A DNA stretch of 64,000 bases from a virus. Lineage: Duplodnaviria; Caudoviricetes. The notes under the pieces were generated by a model. It worked only from the letters and a program-made list of their open reading frames with translations, did not search any database and was not told where the DNA came from. Shown here one piece after another: positions 1 through 11,183 of the stretch (within the stretch, counting starts at the first letter, position 1; each line of letters opens with the position of its first letter). Location of the stretch: positions 1 through 64,000 of the IMG/VR virus record IMGVR_UViG_3300006217_000013. The stretch is one strand, 5' to 3'. The translations under genes were made by a program, and so were the position numbers.

Positions 1-168
1 GTTTGCCTTCTTTAGAATTCTTTATTATTCTCTGAAGTTTATCTATTTGTGAAAAAATGTCAGAGATATCATGGCTACGTAATTTTATAGAGTTCTGAAT
101 GCAGTTCATCCGTTCTAATAAAATAGTTATCTGTTCTTGCAATTTCTGTTTCTTAGTAAACATTCGTT

Positions 169-815
169 TTATTTTTCCTCCGCTACTTCATCAATAATAT
201 CATCAAATATAATCGATATTTTAGTCTTTAATTCCTCTAAAAGTGGTATAGTCACCTCTCTCATCTGCGGATGTGATGCCTGCGCCGTTCTCAACTTGAA
301 AAAATTACGCCATTCACGATAATTTGCTGTCATTACGATTTCTGTCTTTAAACTATTAGGCAAAACAGAACGAGCTTCCTGTGGCGAATGTCCTAATTCC
401 AAGAATGCAAAATAATACACTTCATCATTTTCCATTATAGCTTTCCAAAGATTATAGTCATTTGTACCTTCTTCTAAGAAACAAGGCTTTATAACTGTAA
501 TCTCTCTGCTAAATTTGTCCTTGGAGTAATCGCAATACTCTCCTGAGCAAAGGATGCTATTCTATGCCTTACAAGTTCGTGCGACACCCCTCTATCAACA
601 ACAAACTTAACCGATAAAGAGGAATGCTCTATCATAGCCTCATGCCCTCTATCTATGAGCATTTTCACAAACTTCTTAGCTGATTCTCCGTCCTCTGTTA
701 TATTATTTTCACTCTTATAGCAAACTCGCCCAATCTTCTCGATGTGTTGTAGTTCTTTAACTCCACCATCCGATATTTGTGTCAAAATTTTATAACTTGC
801 ATTTATTATTTTCAT
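169..815 (-). pseudogene. thyX: Flavin-dependent thymidylate synthase, frameshifted
   Basis: ORFs 489-815 (GRVCYKS, HELVRHRIASFAQES) and 169-435 (EARSVLPN, WRNFFKLR, AS HPQMR) are two halves; ~7 nt missing at ~537 where QESTRYC is expected. Confidence 0.88.
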
Positions 816-1699
816 TCGTTACCTCCTATTTCAATCAGTCTATCTATATATTCTCTACCTTCACCCTTAAAGATAGGTATTTCGGTATCAATGACCCAAT
901 TTGTTCTTGAAATGTTCAGTTCTGTAATTTTACGATTATCCCAACCAACAACTTCCTGAGTTTCTGTAAATGTTTTCTTAATACAGCAACTGCCGCGTTT
1001 CTGATATGTAGGGTAATCATTCCAGTTAATACCTTTCTGCAACATAAGCATATCCTGAATATCATTGCAAGTCTTTCCATGTAGTTCTTTATGGCTGAAA
1101 TTTGCTTGACCAACCATTTGAATACTGTTACGAATGGCATCAAGTTGTCTCCAATATATAAGATTCGTTACTTCCTCTTTGGGGATATTGAAACAGCGAG
1201 CATCAAACATCGCACCTTTCTCAATCGCCTCTATTAAGCAGTCCACATACCCTCGGTCATATCCCGGAAGTGCAATTGCGTATTTCCCTGATAATGGGCT
1301 GGAGGTATTCTCGTTTTTATATCGATCTAAATTCTTTTCAAAGCACTTATTAAACGCCATAGTTGCCATACTTGCAGCAATACTACACATTTTTTGTACC
1401 TCGTAATCAAACCAAGCCTGAGATGTAAATTTCTTATAATCAGTCAATATCAATGTAATCTCATCAGACTGATTATATCCAAGAACGCAACCCTGAATAT
1501 TTTCACAAAGATATTTAGTTGTCTTTTGCATTGTTTTTATCAATATATCATCAAAAGGTCTTTTAAAGCCTCTTGTAAATGTATGAAACGCTTTGCCATC
1601 AATACGGATAGCAACTGGTGTTCGTCTCATAAGCCTTGTTTTGGATATTTGTTCATAATACCCTTTCATCCGTGTACCCAAATCATCATGTACTGGCAT
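812..1699 (-). CDS. tRNA(His) guanylyltransferase Thg1-like protein (3'-5' nucleotidyltransferase)
   Basis: RIDGKAFHTFT, YNQSDEI, FDAR, WRQLDAIRNSI motifs. Confidence 0.92.
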   Translation of the reverse strand: MPVHDDLGTRMKGYYEQISKTRLMRRTPVAIRIDGKAFHTFTRGFKRPFDDILIKTMQKTTKYLCENIQGCVLGYNQSDEITLILTDYKKFTSQAWFDYEVQKMCSIAASMATMAFNKCFEKNLDRYKNENTSSPLSGKYAIALPGYDRGYVDCLIEAIEKGAMFDARCFNIPKEEVTNLIYWRQLDAIRNSIQMVGQANFSHKELHGKTCNDIQDMLMLQKGINWNDYPTYQKRGSCCIKKTFTETQEVVGWDNRKITELNISRTNWVIDTEIPIFKGEGREYIDRLIEIGGNE

Positions 1700-2787
1700 T
1701 GCTTCCTCCTTTATATCTTTATAAAATTAAGATTCTATTTTTAAATACCATTAACTCTGTATTTACAATCTTTATTGCTTTTGCAGTCCTCACACTCTGG
1801 TATATTTTTACCATAAGTTATGTATGCCATTGGATACTTAATCACAAACACTACAAACCACAATATAGCAATAATTAAGTTTGGCGTCTCTTTCAACCTT
1901 TCAAATGCGCTATTACCACTTTGAAGTCCGCACATTGAAGCCGTGACTGTATAGCAATATTTCTCATTATCCATTCCTTTACTCCCTTAAAAACAAAATT
2001 CTATCCTGATATATTATTCGCTCAACTTCTGTATTTCGCATTCAGGGCTCAGTATCCAATTCAAGCTTACACTTGATTGTGTGAATTTCCCAGTATTGTA
2101 CTTTCCATATTCCATTTTCATCAGACAAATAGACGAAAAATAATATGTATCTTTTGACTTCTGATTTGTAGATCTGAAATACTCATATTTTTTCAAACCA
2201 AAATGCTTGCGTAATAAAAATATAATTATCTTTCGCATAACTAAATTCCTTTCATATATAATTATTCGATATTTATTTATGTTTAGGTTCGTCCAACCGT
2301 TGCTGATATTCGGTAAAATACCACATCAGATCATCATAGAATGCGACAGCAGCATCTTCGGCTTTCTCCTCTGATGAAAAATATATCTGTCCTAAATCAC
2401 GATACACACAGGCATCTTGAGTTTCAAAAGTTTTGCTGTCATAGTCGAAATATATAGCCCACTTTACACTATCCTTATTCGTCCAATCCACCGCCTCATC
2501 ATTCAATGCCTGCCATTGACGCATGCGGCGCATAAGCGTTTCAGCTCGGGCAATGTCAGCGGCGAATTGTTCATCGCTATAGTAGTTGCCTGCTGAATAA
2601 TTTTCGTCATCTTCCTGCGCATTATCTTCAGGTATATCATCATAAAAATCATTATGAGTAGTATAATATTCTTGATTTTTATTCACCCGCTCATATCCTG
2701 TACGCGGTCTTTCACTTTTCACTGCGTCATTTTCTTCCACTGGACGGCATATGTACTCTTTCCCGTCTATTATTAGTTTTATATCGC

Positions 2788-3396
2788 TCATGTTGTTTCC
2801 TCCAATTCCTCTACATAACACCAGCTCTGTGGCGGACGCTGTAACGCACACCTCATACAATCCCTACAGTCTTTAGGCTTATTATAAAGGTGCTGATAGA
2901 TACATTCGTCCTCTGTTCGGTTATACTTTAAAAACTCGCTTAATTCTTTCGGCTTGTCATATATTACAAGGTCGGATATGTGCCAAGCGTAAATCGTTTT
3001 GCCTTTTGCGTAATTCCATAACTCCTCATATGTAATGAAGGCATCGTTAAGTTCATCGTCAGAAGCATAGTATGTTCCATAGGTTAAATCATCTGCTCCC
3101 CAGCTATATATGCCATCACATACAAACTCGCCTATGACCTTGCCGTTCCATTTTTTCATTTTTGAAGTTTTCTCAAAACCTTTTTCCATTTTATCATTTA
3201 AAACATTCAAATCGTCTGTAACAAAATATTTTTTACCTCCATATATTTTAAATCCATTTTTTGTACAGTAAATATAACACTTAAACGGCACATCTATTTT
3301 CGGTCGGTTCTTGCGGATTTCCACCGTCTTTTTACCGCTTGCGATTAACTCGCAATATTTAGGCTTTATGCTTAGTAATACTGCTTTCTTACTCAT
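2788..3396 (-). CDS. ASCH/PUA-like domain protein
   Basis: LLSIKPKYCELIASGKKTVEIRK (GxKxxExR). Confidence 0.8.
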   Translation of the reverse strand: MSKKAVLLSIKPKYCELIASGKKTVEIRKNRPKIDVPFKCYIYCTKNGFKIYGGKKYFVTDDLNVLNDKMEKGFEKTSKMKKWNGKVIGEFVCDGIYSWGADDLTYGTYYASDDELNDAFITYEELWNYAKGKTIYAWHISDLVIYDKPKELSEFLKYNRTEDECIYQHLYNKPKDCRDCMRCALQRPPQSWCYVEELEETT

Positions 3397-4084
3397 TCCG
3401 GCACCTCACTTTCTGCTATAGGACACCATTTAGGAGTCCGCTTGACAGGAAAACTTCTGTCTGTTTTGCTGAAGCCTATAAAGCCGTGCTGTTTTTGAAT
3501 TTTATGTTCCTCAAAGTAATCAATAATATATTTTTGGTTTGGATGCTGACAGTGATACCCTGTCCTCGCATGCTGCAACACAGAGGCAGATGTTTTATAT
3601 CCCATACAATATTTACAATTTATGCAGCGTGCATCACTGTTTTTGTAATTATTCATTCCTATACCTCACTTTCAAGCCATTTTATATTATCCTCAACAAC
3701 TTCCTTTGCTGTACTCCTGTAATTACCGCTTAGACCTGTATAATGAAATTCATCATTATTCGGTATAAAATATACATTATCTGCCGCCAATTCCTCAATG
3801 CTCATAGCTTTGATACGCTCAAAATTAGTCTGAGGCTTCGGAGTCGGCTCAATCTCTTTTTCATCTGCTTTCAATGCCTGTTGTGCTGCCTCGGGTGTGA
3901 AGAATATTACTTCTCCTATATCCTCTGCCGTAAGACTGAGATATGTGCCTGAATTATCCGTAAGTACAACGTCGAAACAAATGTGGCCATTTACAAGATA
4001 AAATCTATCAAGTATGCCTTTAGTTACATATTCCTTGCTAACCTTGCGACGCCCCTCTTTGATTGTTTTTTCTATAATAGTGTG

Positions 4085-4393
4085 TTAATCTTTCCATATC
4101 ATGCCCTCCGATGTCACAGCGATTTCACTCGCCGACACCTCATACGTTGTCTTTGTAACCGTCGTTCCGTCAGCCAAGATCTTTTCATATTCCCTCGACT
4201 GCAAGCGCCCTTGAAGCGTTATATTATCCCCTATTCCAAGCGTCTTAGCGAATACGGCATTGCGTCCCCATGCGATAACCGGAATATACGCTGATTTGTT
4301 ATAGCCTCTGTTTACCGCTATAAGCATATCCGTTATATGCCTGCCGAACGGCGTTGTCCGATAGATAGGTTTTTTACAGATAAAGCCATTCAA
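4085..4393 (-). pseudogene. ssb: C-terminal OB fold of clostridial two-domain single-stranded DNA-binding protein, 5'-truncated
   Basis: ICKKPIYRTTPFGRHITDMLIAVNR...YIPVIAWGRNA...GRLQSREY; in-frame stop shortly upstream, no N-terminal domain. Confidence 0.7.
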
Positions 4394-5033
4394 TGTGATT
4401 TCGTTGACATGCGGCGGTTATGATGTTCAAACAATCTATTGATTGTGATATTAGCCCCTAATTTAAAGTCAAACGCATCACTATGCTACATCTTGCAACT
4501 GCTCGTTTTGTAACTTGACCGTTTTCTTTCAATCTATAATGAATGATATTACCATCTGTTATGGGATTGATTTTAATGTACTGCTATTCTTGCTGATATA
4601 CCAGTAGTTATTAGGCATACCATCTTTGTGAAAATAAAGAAAACCGCTATGCCCTGTCCCTTTTAAATTGCCTTGCAACTCTAAAATATAGCTGTCATCA
4701 CACACACTAATAATCTTTCCAATTCCACATTTATCCCCGTCGTCAAATTGTACTTTACTTCCCACTTTAAAATCTTTCATCATTTGCCTCCTTATAGAAT
4801 AGCCAATTTATTCCAAATCTTAATAATTCTTATATGTATGGAAATAACCACATTTCTTACATCTATATGTCCATTTCATTCCTTTGGGCATCGTATTTTT
4901 TGCATCCTCATATATTTCCGCTCTATTTAGCAATTCCCATTCATGTCTACAAAAACAACTTCTTATGTAATTAATCAGCTTTCTCATTCAAACTCCTCCT
5001 TTAAAACGACGATTCTATTAAACAACCAATATC

Positions 5034-5675
5034 CTATCGCTTTGTTTTTTGTTGGTTTTCGCGATAGGCAATTCTTCTCTCAACTTCAGCATCGTTTTCA
5101 TCGTCATTATAATACTTATATTCAAGCATGACAGGCAAACCAGAGTATTTGGCTTTATCCCACATTAAATATTCACACCAATTTATTTCTCCTTTATTAT
5201 TCCATGAATAACTTTCGTGCATTTTGAAATATTTGTCAAAATTATCATCTATAATCGCAAAATGGTCATAATCTTCAATCTTAACAAACACCTTATATAC
5301 TCGGCATCTTTTAGATAATCTACATAGCCACTTTTGAAACTCACGAAATGTTTGGTCGAAGTGTCTATCACGAAGGGAGCCGTTCACGGCTATAATATAT
5401 TTATCTTGATACTTCAAAGAACCTCGAGTATACGATTTATCTCCATAAGAATCAATAAGATTATTTATAGGTGCACCAAATTCATCAACATTTACAGATG
5501 TGTTGTGCCCATTTGTTTGTATTGTATATACATCCATATCTCCCTCAGAGCCTGTAACTCGAGGAAGATGTTCAAGAACAGTGTCAAGAATATATCTTAA
5601 TTCTGCCTGTGTGCGTCCCCAAGGCGATACAATGATTGTACCATTTATGTTTGTCCATCTACTCATAACCGACAT
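5034..5675 (-). CDS. Hypothetical phage protein
   Basis: 213-aa ORF with RBS in leftward operon. Confidence 0.6.
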   Translation of the reverse strand: MSVMSRWTNINGTIIVSPWGRTQAELRYILDTVLEHLPRVTGSEGDMDVYTIQTNGHNTSVNVDEFGAPINNLIDSYGDKSYTRGSLKYQDKYIIAVNGSLRDRHFDQTFREFQKWLCRLSKRCRVYKVFVKIEDYDHFAIIDDNFDKYFKMHESYSWNNKGEINWCEYLMWDKAKYSGLPVMLEYKYYNDDENDAEVERRIAYRENQQKTKR

Positions 5676-5681
5676 CTCCTT

Positions 5682-6074
5682 CTATACAAACAACATTGTC
5701 AACCATACAAGAAAAATCTGTATCATATGATAAGACTGGTCTTGGACTAAATTGATTACTTTCTTATTCGCCTTTAAGTGGTCTATAACAGCATGAATAA
5801 CTGAGTTACCTAAAATCCAACAGATATACATAATGATATTGTTCTGCATAAGCATCCCATTTGCAAACAAGTACACTCCAATAGGCAACATAATCATAAA
5901 TGCCCAACTAAAACTATGCATTATCAACGCCACAATATAATCATGTTTATACATATCGTCTGGCGCGTTAGTCTTCCACCAGTTCCTTTGTTTCATACTT
6001 GCAAGAATACCTTGCAGATAATAATCGTCTACTATATGACAAAATACCATACACAATAAAATAATTGCTCTCAT
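5682..6074 (-). CDS. DUF3307-like membrane protein
   Basis: HIVDDYYLQ, HAVIDHLK, DQSYH motifs; hydrophobic. Confidence 0.75.
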   Translation of the reverse strand: MRAIILLCMVFCHIVDDYYLQGILASMKQRNWWKTNAPDDMYKHDYIVALIMHSFSWAFMIMLPIGVYLFANGMLMQNNIIMYICWILGNSVIHAVIDHLKANKKVINLVQDQSYHMIQIFLVWLTMLFV

Positions 6075-6111
6075 TTATACAACTCCTCCTTAATAAAAGT
6101 CTGAATTTATC

Positions 6112-6633
6112 TTAATGTTCGGTTTTATTTAAAATATTTATAGCCTTTACTACATGCTCGTCCTGCAACCCCGTACAATCACCCATATTCTTGACCATTT
6201 CATTTGGTGCAGTGAAACTTGTTTTAACTAGTTCCCTGTCTATGAATTTTTGTAAATCATATGAATCATCGTCCAAAATTACAAATGTGTCAATATCCCT
6301 GTGATTATGTAGCCATTCTTCAATTTCCTCTGCTCTGTCTCTACCATTACCTGTACGAGAATACAGCGATAACCCATATTTATTTAAGATATCAACTAAT
6401 CCTTGTGCCTGTTCACCCAATGGCTCACATGTATCGTAGCTAAATCCATTTCTCCACGACGATGACAACACAATTTTCGCATTGGTTTCTTTTACAATAT
6501 TCGCTAATCTAGACACCATTATTCCATCTATTTCAAGTAGCCATTCTCCCGTTGATTGATGGTGTTCATATCTACTCTGAAATGTTTGTTGGTTATTCAA
6601 AACCCCATCAATATCAAGAAATATTACTTTCAT
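6112..6633 (-). CDS. HAD-family phosphatase (Swiss-army-knife RNA-repair type)
   Basis: KVIFLDIDGVLN, IVLSSSWR, FVILDDD. Confidence 0.85.
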   Translation of the reverse strand: MKVIFLDIDGVLNNQQTFQSRYEHHQSTGEWLLEIDGIMVSRLANIVKETNAKIVLSSSWRNGFSYDTCEPLGEQAQGLVDILNKYGLSLYSRTGNGRDRAEEIEEWLHNHRDIDTFVILDDDSYDLQKFIDRELVKTSFTAPNEMVKNMGDCTGLQDEHVVKAINILNKTEH

Positions 6634-6636
6634 CTA

Positions 6637-7686
6637 TCATAATTCGCCTCCCTTTAACCATTCTTTAACGCATTTATCCATCTCAACACCTAATTTATAG
6701 CAATTACCGTGTGAAATATGGTTCTTCCATGCGTTATACCTCTGATAGAACTTCTTCTCTGTCAATTCACCTTGCTTGACCAATTCGGCTAATCTCCTAA
6801 ATTTCTTTTTAGCAGCTCGCTTATTTTCATTCTTTAGCTTGCGAATAACTTTTCCGTCTTTTGTAATATAAGTGTGGAATCCGCAGAATTTAATGCCATT
6901 TTTAAACGGAATAATTTGAGTTTTACCGTTAAGAGTTAATTTTAAAAAAGAAACAAAATCGTTGATATATCCTAAATATTCTTTCGCTCTATCTTTCGTT
7001 AAACCTAAAATATAGAAATCGTCCATATATCTACCATAATATTCGACGCCAAGTTCATCTTTAATGAAATGGTCTAACCCTGATAAATACAACAAAGCAA
7101 ACACTTGACTTACTTGATTTCCTAATGGTATTCCTACTCCATCTGTACTATCAATAAATCTTTCGCATAGCCAAAACACATTATCGTCTTGAATATGGTA
7201 TCTTACTATGTCTTTCAAAATATCATGGTCTATTGAGTAGAAGAATTTGCTTATATCCGCCTTTATATTCCAGCAATCCATTCCATGTTTGCTATAAGCC
7301 TGCAACATCTGTTCACTAAGCCTATTCAATCCAAACAATGTGCCTTTGCCTATTTGTCCCGCATAATTATCATATATAAACTCATCTTTTAATATTGGTA
7401 ATAAAACATTATCGCATAAACTATGCTGTACTATTTTATCCTGAAATGAGCAGGCTTTTATAATACGCTCTTTAGGCTCATAAACAGTAAATTGATTATA
7501 CGGAGCCACATTATATGTCTTATTTTCCAGACTATGTTTTAACCTATATATGCCATCTAAGGCAGAAAGCTGAAATTTCATACTGCTATTGCTATAACCC
7601 TTACCTGATTTTGAGCGTTTATATGCTCTATATAAATTCTCAAAATCAGTAATTTTCTCAAAATCGGTTAATTTATCTTCTGTCAT
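6637..7686 (-). CDS. DGR reverse transcriptase
   Basis: KADISKFFYSIDH, GIPLGNQVSQ, YGRYMDDF; 349 aa without maturase/endonuclease; next to TR and avd. Confidence 0.96.
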   Translation of the reverse strand: MTEDKLTDFEKITDFENLYRAYKRSKSGKGYSNSSMKFQLSALDGIYRLKHSLENKTYNVAPYNQFTVYEPKERIIKACSFQDKIVQHSLCDNVLLPILKDEFIYDNYAGQIGKGTLFGLNRLSEQMLQAYSKHGMDCWNIKADISKFFYSIDHDILKDIVRYHIQDDNVFWLCERFIDSTDGVGIPLGNQVSQVFALLYLSGLDHFIKDELGVEYYGRYMDDFYILGLTKDRAKEYLGYINDFVSFLKLTLNGKTQIIPFKNGIKFCGFHTYITKDGKVIRKLKNENKRAAKKKFRRLAELVKQGELTEKKFYQRYNAWKNHISHGNCYKLGVEMDKCVKEWLKGGEL

Positions 7687-7809
7687 AATAATTCTTTCCT
7701 TTGTATTTATCTTTGCAATTTCTTGTAAAGAAAGGTTGTTTGTTCTTTTGCACTGGGGACTCTAATTTCGGTGTAATTCCTACTTTATTACATTTTACCC
7801 AGTCAGAAC

Positions 7810-7894
7810 GGCGAACCCCGTTGTGGTTGTCAGAATAGTTATAGTTCACATTACCATTCGAGTTGACAATCTGCACATAGTCAGAGCTGTAGCT
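7810..7894 (-). repeat. DGR template repeat (TR), 85 nt
   Basis: AAC/AAT-rich; aligns without gaps to 8396-8480 and 24300-24384 with mismatches almost only at TR adenines. Confidence 0.96.
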
Positions 7895-7917
7895 TACAAC
7901 AAACAACCTTATTTATA

Positions 7918-8286
7918 TTATCGCTGCTTATCTTTTGTTCTCCATGCTATAGTCATATATTTAACATCTTGAATTTGCTTTTGCCACGCCTCTACGGTAT
8001 GACTACCTATCAAATTCAATTTCATAGACAACTCAATATGACACGATAATATATCGCACTTTGCAATAGCTTTTGTCTGTAATTCCGTTCTTTCTACCTT
8101 AGAAGTAGCCACATTTAACCTATTCGCCATTAAAAGGAATTCATATATATCCATACTCTCGTTTTGAATTCGCTGCACAAGTTGTATGTATTTTACAGGA
8201 TACCTTTTACGATTTGATGTGATAGTCATTGTATATTCCATAAGATTTATTGCCTTTACAATAACATCAAGTTTCTGTTCTGCCAT
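7918..8286 (-). CDS. avd: DGR accessory variability determinant (four-helix bundle)
   Basis: 122-aa basic helical protein (NRKRYPVKY ... MTIAWR) between target and TR/RT. Confidence 0.88.
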   Translation of the reverse strand: MAEQKLDVIVKAINLMEYTMTITSNRKRYPVKYIQLVQRIQNESMDIYEFLLMANRLNVATSKVERTELQTKAIAKCDILSCHIELSMKLNLIGSHTVEAWQKQIQDVKYMTIAWRTKDKQR

Positions 8287-8372
8287 ATGTATTCCTTTCC
8301 GCGATGGTATTTCGGTAATTTTACTGTATCTGCTGACGGTAGGTTATCGGTAAGATACAAAGATAAAAGATT

Positions 8373-9137
8373 TTAAGATTTGATAATGCAAAACGGGCGA
8401 ACCCCGCCGCGGTCGTCAGAATAGAAATAGCCCACATAACCATTCGAGTAGACAACCCGCACACAGTCAGAGCCGTAGCCGGAAGGGGTGCTGTCGGGGG
8501 TTGCAAGCCACCACCAACCGTTCGCACTTGGGATATTCTTTCTGCATTCTCTGTATAAATCAATGGTAGGCAATGCGAGTATATCACCTTCTGCTATACC
8601 GTAATCATCCAATCCGTCCAATGATAATAGATTTGTACTTATAGGCACGAGCCTATTTCCAAATTCAGCCTTCAAATTCTTTGCTAACTCACTGTTATTT
8701 AGCTTTTTGCGGATGTATGAACTTCTATAATCGTTGTTCTTACCAAACTGAGCATTATCTTCAAGAAACCCGTCAAGCAAGTAATATGTACCTTTTTCAT
8801 CTTCCTTGATTTTTGACCACGGCAGACCGCATATAATAGTAAATCTGTTCTTCATATGTTCCTTAACAGCATCTCTGAAATCCTGTTCGTATCTTTCAGG
8901 GTCTTTCTCATACCAATCAGGCTTTATATCTTGGTCTACATTGTATCGCCATTCCGCTACATCTGTTGCCTTATTATTATCTTTTGGTATCAGCTCGACT
9001 CTTAAAAATTTCTTACTTGCATTAAAATCGGTATCCTCAATACCCAAACTTCTTAACAAATCCGAATGACTCTCATTTCCTTCTGGTGCTAATACCACCT
9101 TGTTCTTTAAAATTAAACCACTCTTAAATCTACACAA
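8373..9137 (-). CDS. DGR target protein 1, C-terminal CLec-like (DUF6273-like) domain
   Basis: WWWLATP...GVRPFC C-terminus containing VR1. Confidence 0.9.
   Translation of the reverse strand: MCRFKSGLILKNKVVLAPEGNESHSDLLRSLGIEDTDFNASKKFLRVELIPKDNNKATDVAEWRYNVDQDIKPDWYEKDPERYEQDFRDAVKEHMKNRFTIICGLPWSKIKEDEKGTYYLLDGFLEDNAQFGKNNDYRSSYIRKKLNNSELAKNLKAEFGNRLVPISTNLLSLDGLDDYGIAEGDILALPTIDLYRECRKNIPSANGWWWLATPDSTPSGYGSDCVRVVYSNGYVGYFYSDDRGGVRPFCIIKS
8396..8480 (-). repeat. DGR variable repeat VR1
   Basis: 15 mismatches to TR in 85 nt by my count, all at TR adenines. Confidence 0.96.
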
Positions 9138-9218
9138 TGTTCTCTACTTCCTTTCTTTTTTTTGTTTTATATTTTTCTTTGCTTTTAAAAACAAAGAATT
9201 CATTGTAGTTTTTTAGAT

Positions 9219-9659
9219 TTATCTTCCAAAATACAACCACCATTTATAATTACTTATGTTAATTGTTTTCTCTTTTAGCCGCTTGATATTTATATTATTC
9301 TCAGCATATATGCTAATCTGTTTGTCTACTAAGGTATTTGCTTTTAATTCAGGATATAGAGAAACAAGTGTAATACTGCTCTCATTTTTCAGTTCTCCAA
9401 ATGTATCTGTTTCATAATCCATATATTGTTTAACTAACACATCTATATTTTCTTCAATTTTTTGATTTTCCTCTGTATACATTTGAATTTTCGAGTCTAA
9501 TGTTCTTCCATTGATAATGAGTCCCAATAGGATAGCACCAACCGCCAAACAAACCACAAAACCGCCAATAAACAATTCTTCTATTTCATCCCAATCCATA
9601 CAAAGTCCTATAATGACCGCAATTAAGAATACTATAGAAAGTACAATTACCATTTGCAT
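9219..9659 (-). CDS. Membrane protein (two N-terminal TM helices plus coiled coil)
   Basis: Hydrophobicity pattern; RBS. Confidence 0.6.
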   Translation of the reverse strand: MQMVIVLSIVFLIAVIIGLCMDWDEIEELFIGGFVVCLAVGAILLGLIINGRTLDSKIQMYTEENQKIEENIDVLVKQYMDYETDTFGELKNESSITLVSLYPELKANTLVDKQISIYAENNINIKRLKEKTINISNYKWWLYFGR

Positions 9660-10114
9660 TCACCTCCTTAAAATAACTGATTTATTAAATTACCCTTTAA
9701 TTACAACATCTGCTTCGTGTCGATAAACCGCACAAGTGTTTTCAATGGGTTCTTCCCATATGATATGTTCAATATGTGGATTTTTCTCTGTTGTAGGTAA
9801 TATGAAACCTTTTTCTATCAGTTGCAGAAAATCCATCATATAATAATGCTCATATCCATTAGAACCGTCAATAGCCTTTAAAGTTATTTTATATCCTTGC
9901 TCTAACGGGAAACGAGATTCGTCAACGACGCACTCTCTCCATGTACGATGCCCATCATTAATTCCTATATCTATGCCTATTGCACAAAATAAGGTCGGTT
10001 CTACACCTTCCATTTGAACAAAGAAATGTTTTGTTCTTAGTTCATCCACCGTACAACTCAATTTTTCACATATTCTATTAAGTGTCATTTTTACCTCCCT
10101 TAAAATTCACAAAT

Positions 10115-10783
10115 TTAACTTAAAATCTTTAATGCTTTGTCATAAAACTCTGTTCTTCCCTTATATTCACCGCAGTTTACTTTGCTTAACTCTAATTTCA
10201 ACTTACCAATGTCATATTTATATGTAATAGCATCCTTCATAACTGATACATTTCTCATACATTGTTTAATTCGCTTATGCTTATCCCTTATTTCATCAAG
10301 TAAATACCCTATTTTCGCCATCTGATGTGCTTGTGGTCTTTTACCCAAATTAGCTTCTCTATATTTTTGTAACGCATGTCCAACATCGGACTCCGCCGAA
10401 TCATACTTTGAACAAGCCGCCTCTAAAATATTATAATAGGTTTGTAATTGGTTTATATCCCAACCCGCAAGACCAAGAATTAAATTACTTTCATCAAAAA
10501 TCTTATCCAATATGCTCTCATCAAACTTTATATCATTTTCGCCGATATAAGCTTTTCCATTACCTTCATAATTAGGCGAAATCTTTGAGTTTTTACCAGT
10601 TTCTACATTGACAAGCTGATAATTATGCATCCATGTATATTTTTTACCCTTTCTCTGACGTAACGAGTTTGCTTGTTTATATGAAAATTCCGTTGCGTGA
10701 ATAGGAGAAGTTGTACTAATATACTCGCCTATTTTCATCGGATTTTCCATCACGTAATTTTTACCATCTGTTAATATAAACAC
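10115..10783 (-). CDS. Hypothetical phage protein (coiled-coil C-terminus)
   Basis: 222-aa ORF with GGAGG RBS. Confidence 0.6.
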   Translation of the reverse strand: MFILTDGKNYVMENPMKIGEYISTTSPIHATEFSYKQANSLRQRKGKKYTWMHNYQLVNVETGKNSKISPNYEGNGKAYIGENDIKFDESILDKIFDESNLILGLAGWDINQLQTYYNILEAACSKYDSAESDVGHALQKYREANLGKRPQAHQMAKIGYLLDEIRDKHKRIKQCMRNVSVMKDAITYKYDIGKLKLELSKVNCGEYKGRTEFYDKALKILS

Positions 10784-11183
10784 TTTGTCGCATACCTCCC
10801 TTCATAAAATCCGTATTCTAACCTACCCTTTATCCCTTTTTAGCTTCTTTTTAAGCCGTATTTTGATATGCTCCAAATCCTTATATTGAGACGTATTCCA
10901 TAATCCCTGTTTGAGTAACTTATCTTGTTCACTACAAATCAGCTTAAACAACAACTCCCATTCTCGCTTCTTCATGTTCCTAAACATCCCATAACTCTTA
11001 ATGCCTCATCTACCCTTTGTTCTCCGTTTAATATACACGCAAAGAGCGCCAGCCAACCGAGTTGCTGAGAATCGTGAACTGATATATTTATATCATTACA
11101 AAATCTTTCAATTTGTGCTCTATGCGCTTCTCTCCAAATATAATCTCTACTTTTCTTTTTAGCCATAATTTAGTCCTCGACAA

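Noticed and set aside
6637-7686. RT as group II intron, retron or Abi RT
   Set aside because: No maturase domain or msr/msd; Avd, TR and adenine-specific VRs identify a DGR.
7805-7812. One-C difference between the TR end (CGCCGTT) and VR ends (CGCCCGTT) as an IMH* feature
   Set aside because: Could be real but equally a homopolymer error.
7673-7906. 77-aa ORF resembling the target C-terminus
   Set aside because: It is the DGR template repeat plus spacer; the open frame is expected for a TR.
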